A DNA stretch of 64,000 nucleotides, from assembly GCA_027002995.1 (NCBI GenBank), contig JALWZB010000155.1:26365-90364 (forward strand), read 5' to 3'. The notes under the pieces are model-generated. The model was given only the letters and a program-made list of their open reading frames with translations, did no database searches and was not told the DNA's origin. Positions 29,099 to 38,126 of the stretch are shown here, piece by piece; position 1 is the first letter of the stretch; every line of letters starts with the position of its first letter. This DNA is from Desulfurococcales archaeon. Lineage in GTDB: Archaea > Thermoproteota > Thermoprotei_A > Sulfolobales > NBVN01. The position numbers and the translations under genes are program-made.

Positions 29099-32000
29099 TC
29101 ACCCTTCACTACCCTGACCTTTCCGGGATAGTGCCCTGCAGAACAGGTAAGCACCGTAAGTCACTTTTAAGAGGAATTCCATGTTAGATTCAGTATCGCC
29201 CTCTCTAAATTCCTGCGAGTTCTCACCGCCTCTTCGGAGGGTAGTAGGGAAGGGTACCCTCACTCCCATGACCCTAGCTATTTCCTCAATATCAATGAAG
29301 TCTTCTCCTGTGACTTCCTTGAGCTTCTCGAAGGGATTAATTACGCGTCCCTCCTTCATTAATTCGTCAAGCAACAGTGAAGCTGTTCTTCCGAAGGCAT
29401 ACTCCTCCAGTTTAGTCGTGGTGACTATTGTGGCGTTCTCATCAATAACTTTCTCCAGTATGTTTACTAGCCATTGGCGAACTGCTCTAGGTATGCCCGT
29501 CTCCTTTATTGTGGTGACGTCAATGTTCTCCCCGTCAAATACCCCAACCACGAACTCATCCTTCCCTACGGGGATCACCTCAACTGTATATATGTTGAGT
29601 TTCCTTGAAGGCCTGGGTATCCAGGTCCGCATCCCTTTCATGAGGGCCGGTTCTACCCCGCTTATTCTACGTATCAGGGAGGCACAGAGCCTTACAACAT
29701 CATGCCATTCTAGAGAATTAGTTAGTAGGTAGTCCCTAGCTGTTGGGTCGAGCATCCCTATTAGTGGTATCCATATTTCTGGAGGTTTAATGTGACTTAG
29801 CTCGTTAATAAGGTGCTGCCAGTCTATGATGTTGAGTACTCCTGAGGACTCCGGTTCCCACATTGCTACGGTGGGTACTCCAGCAACTGGCTTGAATACG
29901 GCAATGCGTAACTCGCGGAACGATATTCTGTATTTGGGGTGGATCCTTAAGACTAGCCTTAGTGCGGCTGCGGCTAGTTTTAACTTATCGATGTCAGTGT
30001 CGGGATCCAGTTGCTTCACAATACCATACGTTAAGTCGGTGTAGTTTCCTGTCACGTCAGAATTTATTTCTAGGGTGGCTTTCTCGAATAGCTGCAGTAT
30101 GGTTTTCCCGGCCTTAACCACTCTGTACCTGCTCCGTGACTCGATGGTCCAGAGAACCCTGAGCGGTATTTCCCTCAGTATTCCGAAACCTTCGCTTGGG
30201 ATGCGAAGCGCGACCTCAACGTAGGAGGTTAACCTGCCTGTGAGGATATCCGTACGTAGATCCGGCCTCTCACCCCACTTAGCCTTTACAGACTCGTAGT
30301 GTGGTAGAATTTCAGAAAGCCAGGGTGGTGGGTTGCGTAAGGCACTGTCTATGGGTTCCTCTACGATACGATCGAAGCCAGACTTCACCACGAATGAGTT
30401 CTCGGAATGATCTATCATACCTATCTGGTATCTTTCGACTAGGTCTCTACGCGACGACTGCTCCAGCTCCACATGCTCGCTATCCTTTCTTATGTACCTT
30501 CGGATGCCGTAAGGTGGGCCGAACTCATAGAAGTTCAAGTATCTCCATATCTTAACAGTTTCTTCGTTGGGGTAGGGTTTGCCACTAACCCAGTTGAGTA
30601 GTTTTAACTCGTTAAGTAACTCGATGTCATCGTGATCTAAGCTAATATCAGAGAAGAGCTTGTAGAGTGAGATGAATAACTTAGCGTACTTGTTCCCATT
30701 GATTACGTAGACCTTCTCCAGCGACAGGTCTTCAAAGGATCGAATACCATCCTTACCTAGCGCTAGGATCTCTCGATCCCACGGACTCATAGGTATTATG
30801 ACTGTTTCAGTCTCGCCGATCTCCCTACGTCTTCCCTTCCTTCCCTCCCTTTGCCAGTATTCTCGGGTTTCTACAGGTAATCCGTAGTGGACTATCCGCC
30901 CTATTGTTGGGAGGTCAATTCCCTGCAGTAATGTCCTTACTGTTACAATGACCTTAACTTTAGGTGGTGTATGCGCCGCGCTCTTCTCTATCTTGGCTCT
31001 GACGTCCTTTGGGACTAGGTGATGGTGAGGTTGAATTAGGGGCTGTAAATTGGGAGGGAGTAGTGACCTTACCCGCTTCACTAGTTTATCAACTACGCGG
31101 ATGCTTGGGGCGAAGACAACCGTGACTACGTCGTCTCGTAGGTACTCACTCAGTACTTCTGCTGGGTCAAAGTACGGTACGCTTACGTTAATGCCGTAAC
31201 GGCGGGCCTCCTTAACTAAGACGTGCGCGTTTCTGTGGAAAAGCTCCGGGTTCTCAAGCCATTCACGGTATCGCTTAAAGAAGTACGTGCCTCTAGTTAG
31301 TCTCAGCAATTTCTTCCTTAGCTTCTCGAGGTCCTTACCTAGAATTACGTACACGCAGTTCCTTAGCTTGAAGGGTCTCCCGTGAATTATCTTTGTTGTC
31401 CTACCCGTGATCTTCTCCAGTATACCTGCGAATTCCTCGGGGTTTCCGAGCGTGGCCGTTAGGACAACTACCTGAGGGGAGACTTTACTTGTGCGTAGGA
31501 ACTTAGTGATGACTTCAATCATCGCTACTATCAATGACGCGCCATGTGATCCGTAGAAGTCTAACTCGTCAACGACTATGATGTCAGCAACACCCACGAA
31601 CTCAGCAAGCACTGATGACTGCGGATTCACTGCCGCTCTCTTCAAATCATTCATCAGGAATGCCGGGTTAGTTATCACTATTGATGCTGCCCTAATGCGC
31701 CTCCTGATATTGTCTCTGCCTAAATGCTTACACTCCGGGGCGTCAACGATAACGACGCGATGTGATGCATTAATGGCGCCATAGTATTCCTTAATCCTCA
31801 ATATCTGATCCCGTGATAACGCCAACGTTGGATAGATAGCGAGCACCCTTTTCCCCGCTGTTAACGCATGCATTACCCATGCCTCAGTTTTCCCAGAGCC
31901 CGTACCGGATATAAGGACCACGTTTTTACCTTCCTCAAGAACCCTCAACGCCTCTAGTTGATGTGCGTAAAGACTTTGATTAGATAGGGATCTACACCTT

Positions 32001-32149
32001 GGCCCGCCGTCGCGGAGTTCCGGTAAGATGTCGGAGAACCTTACCTCAGTTCTCTCGGGTTCCGAACCTTCCTCACAGTATGTCTCCACATTCAAACCAT
32101 GTTTCTCTGCTATGCTTTTCGTTAAGATTCTCAACGTAATTCCGATCAC
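29099..32149 (-). CDS. Large SF2 helicase (Hrq1/YprA-like, DExD box)
   Basis: LYAHQ, GTGSGKT, YPTLAL, TNP, DELD, TATLGNP, QGIDLP, QREGRKGRR. Confidence 0.88.
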   Translation of the reverse strand: MIGITLRILTKSIAEKHGLNVETYCEEGSEPERTEVRFSDILPELRDGGPRCRSLSNQSLYAHQLEALRVLEEGKNVVLISGTGSGKTEAWVMHALTAGKRVLAIYPTLALSRDQILRIKEYYGAINASHRVVIVDAPECKHLGRDNIRRRIRAASIVITNPAFLMNDLKRAAVNPQSSVLAEFVGVADIIVVDELDFYGSHGASLIVAMIEVITKFLRTSKVSPQVVVLTATLGNPEEFAGILEKITGRTTKIIHGRPFKLRNCVYVILGKDLEKLRKKLLRLTRGTYFFKRYREWLENPELFHRNAHVLVKEARRYGINVSVPYFDPAEVLSEYLRDDVVTVVFAPSIRVVDKLVKRVRSLLPPNLQPLIQPHHHLVPKDVRAKIEKSAAHTPPKVKVIVTVRTLLQGIDLPTIGRIVHYGLPVETREYWQREGRKGRRREIGETETVIIPMSPWDREILALGKDGIRSFEDLSLEKVYVINGNKYAKLFISLYKLFSDISLDHDDIELLNELKLLNWVSGKPYPNEETVKIWRYLNFYEFGPPYGIRRYIRKDSEHVELEQSSRRDLVERYQIGMIDHSENSFVVKSGFDRIVEEPIDSALRNPPPWLSEILPHYESVKAKWGERPDLRTDILTGRLTSYVEVALRIPSEGFGILREIPLRVLWTIESRSRYRVVKAGKTILQLFEKATLEINSDVTGNYTDLTYGIVKQLDPDTDIDKLKLAAAALRLVLRIHPKYRISFRELRIAVFKPVAGVPTVAMWEPESSGVLNIIDWQHLINELSHIKPPEIWIPLIGMLDPTARDYLLTNSLEWHDVVRLCASLIRRISGVEPALMKGMRTWIPRPSRKLNIYTVEVIPVGKDEFVVGVFDGENIDVTTIKETGIPRAVRQWLVNILEKVIDENATIVTTTKLEEYAFGRTASLLLDELMKEGRVINPFEKLKEVTGEDFIDIEEIARVMGVRVPFPTTLRRGGENSQEFREGDTESNMEFLLKVTYGAYLFCRALSRKGQGSEG

Positions 32150-32194
32150 ATTACTGAACCCAGCGATTTTAAGTTATGGTGGGTTCAAGGGCGC

Positions 32195-32266
32195 AATCTA
32201 GTAACTAGCCTTATTTACTACGTGATGTGGAAACTCCCCTAATCTAGAAATAGAAGTTATTTACTA
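32195..32266. promoter_or_regulatory. Two 26-bp operator-like repeats (AATCTAG-N9-TTATTTACTA) between divergent genes
   Basis: Copies at 32195-32220 and 32241-32266; each contains TAG(T/A)AA-N10-TTACTA. Confidence 0.55.
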
Positions 32267-32326
32267 AGGGTATTTCCGTAAACATTTTTAACTAAAAGCA
32301 AGTTATTAATAATAAGAAAAATTCAG

Positions 32327-34708
32327 GTGAAAATTTTGAAGGCCTATAAGTATGTAGGGAAGCCCATCCCCCGACAAGACGTATCTAAAGTATTTGGTGA
32401 CGCGATTTACGCCTATGACGTAAAGCTGCCGGGCATGCTATACGCTAAGCTTGTAGGGTCGACGTACGCGCATGCAAGGATAAAGAGAATAGACTACTCG
32501 AAGGCACTGAAAGTACCGGGAGTAATTAAGGTCTTCACAGGAGAGGACTTCCCATTCAAGGTAGGCATTTATGCGGCGGACAGGGACGTCCTAGCACGTG
32601 GGAAAGTGCTTTACTACGGACACCCTGTTGCTGGCGTCGTTGCTGAAACGCCTGAAGCTGCGGAGGAAGCTGCAGAACTTATTGAGGTTGAGTATGAACC
32701 CTTAGAGCCCGTCCTTACGATAGAGGATGCGCTACGTCCTGATGCACCCTTGATCCACGAGCACATGGAGGAGTATAGGCATGCATCCTTCATATACCCA
32801 AGGCCGGGAACTAACATCGCTAACTACCTGAAGCTACGCAAGGGCGACATCAAGAAGGGATTTGAGGAAGCGGATGTCGTGGTTGAGAGTGAGTACAGAG
32901 AGCCCCTAATAAGTCATGCCTACATGGAGAACTGGGTAGGGATTGCCCGAGTACTAAGTGACGGTACTGTGGAGGTGTGGTCATCACATCAATCACCCTT
33001 CGCGGTGCGGCATCTCCTCGCCGCGTCCCTAGGTCTACCTATTGGCAAGGTCGTAGTGCATCATACTTTCGTCGGTGGAGGTTTTGGCGGTAAAGCAGGC
33101 CTTCTGCTCGAACACATCCCAGTGCTCTTCTCCATGAAGCTTGGTGGCAGGCCTGTGAGGCTGGAGTTGAACAGAGAAGAGAACTTCCTCTTCATGGCAC
33201 AGAGGGCCGGATACTTATTCAAGATGAAGACCGGTGCCACGAAGGACGGTAGGCTCGTAGCACACTATGGTGAGTATTATTTAGATGCCGGCGCATACGC
33301 CGACTATACAGTCAACATAGGTAGGTCCGTGGGCTTCGTCCCCACAGGGCCTTACGAGGTTCCAAATATTCATGTCGACTCAATAACTGTGTACACCAAT
33401 AAAGTGCCAACGACAGCGTTCCGTGGGTTCGGGATGCAGGAAATGCACTTTGCTTTCGAGCAACAGATAGATCAACTCGCTGAGAAGCTCGGCATGGATC
33501 CGCTAGAGCTCAGACTTAAGAACGCGATAGTCCCTGGCAAGTCATACTTACCGACCCAAGTACGTGTCAGGGAAGACGCTGGAGATCCGGCAGGCACGAT
33601 GAAACGTGCTGCGGAACTCATAGGCTGGGGGAAGAAGCCAGAAAAACCTGATGAGCCTTGGAAGTTCCGCGGGATAGGGATAGCGTCTTTCTGGAAAGGG
33701 CCGGTGCAACCATCTAATGCTGCGTCATCAGCCATAGTTAAGGTTAATGAGGATGGTTCCGTCGACGTCCTAGTAGGTACTGGTGAGATGGGTCAAGGCA
33801 CTATTTACGCATTAGCTCAAATAGTTGCAGAGGAACTGGGGATACCGGTAGAGAAGGTTAGGGTCGCCCCAATAAGGTCAACGGACTCAGTCGCCTATAC
33901 GTGGCAGACCGTGGGATCACGAGGTTTATTCTCAGAGGGTCAAGCACTAATGCGTGCACTCGATGACCTTAAGAACCAAATGAGGGAGATCGCGGCCAGG
34001 GTATTCAACGTGTTTAAGGACGAGATTGAGATCAAGGACGGGAAGGCATGCGTTAAGGGCAAGCCATGGGAGTGCATATCATTAGCTGAGATGGCGCTAG
34101 GTTACACACTACCCAACGGTAACGCCATTCACGGCCCGCTGATAGGGCGCGGTTCTCACGTGCCTTCCCAGACAACATACCTTGACCCAGAAACCGGGAG
34201 GGGTGAGCCGAAGCCCTTCATGACTTTCGGCACGGGCGCCGTGGAGGTTGAGGTAGACCTGCTGAACATGCGTGTCAGAGTGCTTAAGGCGGTCACCGTG
34301 CTTGACACCCCAGTAATTAATCCGGGACTCGCCCTCGGACAGGCATATGGTGGTGCTGTGATGGGCATAAGCATAGCGCTCAACGAGGAACTGAAGCTCA
34401 CTAAGGACGGTCGCCTACTGAACCCGAACTTCACGGACTACAAGGTAGCTAGGGCAGGTGACATTCCCGTGGAGATGGTTGCGGAGTTCCTAGGTGTTGG
34501 GCAGAAGAACGCCCCATACGGAGCCAAGGGAGTGGGTGAGCTAACGATGCTTGCGTGGCCCGCAGCGATAGCTAACGCCATATACAACGCGATCGGTGTG
34601 AGAATCAGGAAGCTCCCGATAACGCCTGACAACCTACTGGAGGCCATTAAGGAGCAGAGACCGGAGCTACTCAAAGAACTTGATAAGTACCTCCTAGGGG
34701 GTGAGTGA
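32327..34708 (+). CDS. Xanthine-oxidase-family molybdopterin enzyme, large subunit (aldehyde oxidoreductase-like)
   Basis: LPGMLYAK, HARI, GGGFGGK, AFRGFG, EMGQG, TVGSR, KGVGE. Confidence 0.92.
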   Translation: MKILKAYKYVGKPIPRQDVSKVFGDAIYAYDVKLPGMLYAKLVGSTYAHARIKRIDYSKALKVPGVIKVFTGEDFPFKVGIYAADRDVLARGKVLYYGHPVAGVVAETPEAAEEAAELIEVEYEPLEPVLTIEDALRPDAPLIHEHMEEYRHASFIYPRPGTNIANYLKLRKGDIKKGFEEADVVVESEYREPLISHAYMENWVGIARVLSDGTVEVWSSHQSPFAVRHLLAASLGLPIGKVVVHHTFVGGGFGGKAGLLLEHIPVLFSMKLGGRPVRLELNREENFLFMAQRAGYLFKMKTGATKDGRLVAHYGEYYLDAGAYADYTVNIGRSVGFVPTGPYEVPNIHVDSITVYTNKVPTTAFRGFGMQEMHFAFEQQIDQLAEKLGMDPLELRLKNAIVPGKSYLPTQVRVREDAGDPAGTMKRAAELIGWGKKPEKPDEPWKFRGIGIASFWKGPVQPSNAASSAIVKVNEDGSVDVLVGTGEMGQGTIYALAQIVAEELGIPVEKVRVAPIRSTDSVAYTWQTVGSRGLFSEGQALMRALDDLKNQMREIAARVFNVFKDEIEIKDGKACVKGKPWECISLAEMALGYTLPNGNAIHGPLIGRGSHVPSQTTYLDPETGRGEPKPFMTFGTGAVEVEVDLLNMRVRVLKAVTVLDTPVINPGLALGQAYGGAVMGISIALNEELKLTKDGRLLNPNFTDYKVARAGDIPVEMVAEFLGVGQKNAPYGAKGVGELTMLAWPAAIANAIYNAIGVRIRKLPITPDNLLEAIKEQRPELLKELDKYLLGGE

Positions 34709-34711
34709 GCT

Positions 34712-35602
34712 ATGAGAACCGTACTCGCTTTCCGCACGATCCTCCCAACATTCATGTACCACAGACCATCATCGCTCGCTGAGCTACTGGAACTTAAAGC
34801 CAAGTTAGGGAAGGATGCCGCAATACTTGCTGGCGGGACAGACCTGCTCGTTGACATGAAGATGGGTGTTAAGAGACCTCCCCACGTGATAGACATCAAA
34901 AGCATCAAGGAACTACACGTACTTGAGTATAAGGAAGGCTCAGGACTAATAATCGGCCCGACAGTAACGCTCAGAGAGCTCGAAACAAATAGCCTTCTAA
35001 AGGAGAAGTACCCCGTGCTATGGGACGCAGTGCGTAAAATCGCTGATATCGCCTTAAGGGAGCGGGCAACGCTTGCAGGCAACATCGCTAACGCGTCACC
35101 AGCCGCAGACTCAGCACCAGCCCTGCTGGTCTACGACGCGAAAGTAGAGCTAACATCAGTTGACGGAAGTAGGTTAGTACCTTTAAGGGAGTTCTTCACG
35201 GGAGTTAAGAAGACCGTGATGAAGGAGAATGAAGTCATAACGAAGATAATAGTTCCTGAGCCTCCCGCAGGGGCTAAGGGAGAGTACTTCAAGGCCGTTA
35301 GGTCGGCCGAGGACCTAGCGTTGGTGGGCATAGCTGCACTCGTGGCTAACCCGAATAACCCCGCTGAACGTGTGGTTAGGCTAGCCTATGCTTCAGTGGC
35401 ACCAACACCGGTCTATGTGAGGGAAGTTGAGGAGCTATTCAAGAAGGATGAACCACTTAACAAGCTAATTAAGGAGGCCGTGAACATCGTGCTAAGTAAG
35501 GTCAGCCCAATAAGTGACGTAAGGGCCACGAGGGAGTACAGACTCCACCTCGTGAAGTACGTGACGGCATACTTGCTCAGGAAGTTGTTGGGGGTGAAGT
35601 AA
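34712..35602 (+). CDS. Xanthine-oxidase-family FAD-binding medium subunit
   Basis: AGGTDL, RATLAGNIANASPAAD, PISDVRAT.EYR. Confidence 0.92.
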   Translation: MRTVLAFRTILPTFMYHRPSSLAELLELKAKLGKDAAILAGGTDLLVDMKMGVKRPPHVIDIKSIKELHVLEYKEGSGLIIGPTVTLRELETNSLLKEKYPVLWDAVRKIADIALRERATLAGNIANASPAADSAPALLVYDAKVELTSVDGSRLVPLREFFTGVKKTVMKENEVITKIIVPEPPAGAKGEYFKAVRSAEDLALVGIAALVANPNNPAERVVRLAYASVAPTPVYVREVEELFKKDEPLNKLIKEAVNIVLSKVSPISDVRATREYRLHLVKYVTAYLLRKLLGVK

Positions 35603-35604
35603 AG

Positions 35605-36084
35605 ATGGCTGAAACCATAACAATTAGGCTCAAGGTAAATGGTGTTGAGAAGGAGGTTACCGTTAAGCCTAATGAGAGGTTACTTGACGTCCTAAGGGAG
35701 AAGTTCTACATAAACAGCGTTAAGGCAGGATGTTTGAGAGGAGAATGCGGTATCTGCACCGTAATAATGAACGGGAAACTCGTTAAGTCATGCCTAGTCC
35801 TGGCCCCAGAGGCTGACGGTGCTGAGATCCTCACTGTGGAGGGCTTATCAAGACCCGGTAAGCCCTCAGTGGTGCAGAGGGCGTTCATAGAGAAATTCGG
35901 ATTTCAGTGCGGGTTCTGTACCCCAGCATTCATAATGGCTGCGTACTGGATCGTTGAGAACATGCCAGATGCTTCCGAGAAGGAGATCAAAGAAATACTT
36001 AACAGCGTGATTTGCAGGTGCACCGGTTATAAGCAAATAATAGAAGCTATAAAGTATGCCATAGAGCTTAAGAAGCAGGCATGA
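35605..36084 (+). CDS. Xanthine-oxidase-family [2Fe-2S] small subunit
   Basis: GCLRGECGICTV...SC, QCGFCTP, ICRCTGY. Confidence 0.94.
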   Translation: MAETITIRLKVNGVEKEVTVKPNERLLDVLREKFYINSVKAGCLRGECGICTVIMNGKLVKSCLVLAPEADGAEILTVEGLSRPGKPSVVQRAFIEKFGFQCGFCTPAFIMAAYWIVENMPDASEKEIKEILNSVICRCTGYKQIIEAIKYAIELKKQA

Positions 36085-36129
36085 GTTACTTTTTAATTTT
36101 CTGTATCGAAGCACAACTAGTTACTTAAA

Positions 36130-37194
36130 TTACTTAGCTTTCCACACGTATTTTTTACTAATCACGTAGTTCAGTATGAACCCCGCGATTATGCCCAATA
36201 GTTGCGCTAGGATCGAGTTATGCACTATGAATTCGTACGTCCCTATCGAGACGCCCACCTGTGTTAGGATGCCAGCCGCGCTTGATCCATGGAACTTCAC
36301 CAGACGTGACACCCAACTACCTTTCCTCGCGGTTTTAAAGGTCCAGAGGTCGTTTAGCGTGAAGTTATTCAGTACTGAGACCTCAATCGCTATGGGGGCA
36401 GCGATCACGTGCGGTATGCCTAGTAAGTACCTCTCCAAATACAGGACAGCTAGGTTCACTATAGTCCCTATACCACCAACAATGGCAAACTTCAGGTATG
36501 AAGGGGAGAGGGTCAGTACGTGGATAACGTAGTTGATTATTTCCTTCATACCCAGCTTGGATTGACCCTTGAAGCGTTGACCGAACTTAAATGGGACCTC
36601 ACAGACGCTTCTGTAGCGCCCCTTGACTAGGATCTCCAGCAATATTTTGAAGCCCTTAGGATCTAGCCCCTCGGATCCTTCCAGTACCTCGCGCTTAAAT
36701 AGGAAGAAACCAGACATTGGGTCCTTTACGTTCCGGCTTTGGGGTAGGAGTATACGAGCTATTAATGTTGCACCCTTAGATATTAGTTTTCGTAGTACCG
36801 ACCATTCCCCTACCGATCCCCCCTTAACGTACCTGGACGCTATTACGATGTCGCATCCATTCGCAGCAGTCCTCACTAACTTCGGGATAACCTCCGGCGG
36901 GTGCTGGAGGTCTGCATCCATAACAACTACTAAATCACCCTCAGCCACCTTGAATCCGTCGAGAACCGCGGAGGAGAGACCTAATTTACCGGGCCTCCTC
37001 ACTACCTTTATGGGATATTTGAAGCTTAGGCTCTCTGCAACGTCAGCCGTCCCGTCAGGTGAGTTATCATCGACTATTATTACCTCATACTTCAGACCTT
37101 CCTTCCTTAACGAGGCATCGATACGCTTGACCAGTTCCTCAATGTTTTCTCTTTCATTGTAGGTGGGCACTATTATGCTTATCAGCCACATCAC
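36130..37194 (-). CDS. Dolichol-phosphate mannose synthase-like GT2 with C-terminal GtrA domain
   Basis: IVPTYNE, VDDNSPDGT, MDADLQHPP, DPMSGFF, GFKILLE; GtrA-type TM domain. Confidence 0.9.
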   Translation of the reverse strand: MMWLISIIVPTYNERENIEELVKRIDASLRKEGLKYEVIIVDDNSPDGTADVAESLSFKYPIKVVRRPGKLGLSSAVLDGFKVAEGDLVVVMDADLQHPPEVIPKLVRTAANGCDIVIASRYVKGGSVGEWSVLRKLISKGATLIARILLPQSRNVKDPMSGFFLFKREVLEGSEGLDPKGFKILLEILVKGRYRSVCEVPFKFGQRFKGQSKLGMKEIINYVIHVLTLSPSYLKFAIVGGIGTIVNLAVLYLERYLLGIPHVIAAPIAIEVSVLNNFTLNDLWTFKTARKGSWVSRLVKFHGSSAAGILTQVGVSIGTYEFIVHNSILAQLLGIIAGFILNYVISKKYVWKAK

Positions 37195-37228
37195 CCCAAG
37201 CCCACTGTCAGGTCACGTTAACTACTCC

Positions 37229-38122
37229 CTACTGTAAGCACCTCATCCACTCTAAAACTTTCTTGCTTAACACGTAGAGCTCTTTTCTGGAGAACCATGG
37301 TATTCTTGACCTAGCTATCCTTAAGAAGGAGGCAGCAGTCCCTGCCGCGACCGCGTATTTAAGTTCGTGGTTATGCAGATGCAAGGCAATAATGCTTGAG
37401 AAGACATCCCCAGCACCTATATCATCCCCGTAGGCATGGTCAAGCGCGTTAGCTATACATAGACGCCCATCAGGGTATGCAACATAGATGGGCCCTTCAC
37501 CCATGGTCTGTACTGCTCGGGCTTTGCCGCCCTCAATACACCTAACTAGGGCTGGCCCCCTGCACTCCGGCGGGAACTCTGAAATCTCACCCCTTATCAC
37601 GATGTCTTCGTTGCGTAGCTTTCGAATTACTTCTCGACTCAAGTTATGGTCAATCCACACGCGTCCTTTAGAGTCAAACATACGTACTAAACCTTGAATA
37701 TCGACTATTACGTGTGGTATGTGTCTAGTGATTAGTATCACGTCATCAACCGTGATTTCCTGCGCCACTGGTGAAATTAGCGCTGATTTCACATCATCTA
37801 AGGCACCATTATCGATGACCTCATTTATTAGGTCTGAGAAGGCTTTAACCTCGCTACGCAATCTTAGGTCCCTCTCTCCGCTTTCTCCAGGTAGTGTTAT
37901 TTCGTATATAATGTCGAACTCGGGGTTTGGCGTTATTATAACGTGTCGTCCTCGTTTACCACATACTTTCCTTAAGAATGATGAATTTGTTAGTACTATT
38001 GTCTCAACGTCAATGTGTGATAGGGCTGTTAATGCGTAGTAGGCTGAACCACCTATTCTTAATTCACCGTTCACGTAATCCTTCGTTGTTCCGGCAACCA
38101 ATAATACCTTTTCCTCCTCCAT
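37229..38122 (-). CDS. PfkB/ribokinase-family kinase
   Basis: IGGSAYY, VDIQG, TMG..., DDIGAGDVF; start placed at MEEEK. Confidence 0.8.
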   Translation of the reverse strand: MEEEKVLLVAGTTKDYVNGELRIGGSAYYALTALSHIDVETIVLTNSSFLRKVCGKRGRHVIITPNPEFDIIYEITLPGESGERDLRLRSEVKAFSDLINEVIDNGALDDVKSALISPVAQEITVDDVILITRHIPHVIVDIQGLVRMFDSKGRVWIDHNLSREVIRKLRNEDIVIRGEISEFPPECRGPALVRCIEGGKARAVQTMGEGPIYVAYPDGRLCIANALDHAYGDDIGAGDVFSSIIALHLHNHELKYAVAAGTAASFLRIARSRIPWFSRKELYVLSKKVLEWMRCLQ

Positions 38123-38126
38123 CTTC

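Noticed and set aside
32225..32240. GTGGAAAC as an ORB replication-origin box
   Set aside because: Lacks the TCCA prefix and G-string; no cdc6/orc1 nearby
34438..35085. Long antisense ORFs (this one, 5517-5996, 7878-8375, 24564-25070, 29181-29732, 36623-37162, 49469-49906 and similar)
   Set aside because: Ser/Thr-rich shadows of well-supported genes on the opposite strand, with no motifs
32327..36084. Aerobic CO dehydrogenase
   Set aside because: Active-site loop is AFRGFG, not the form I AYRCSFR; no cox accessory genes adjacent
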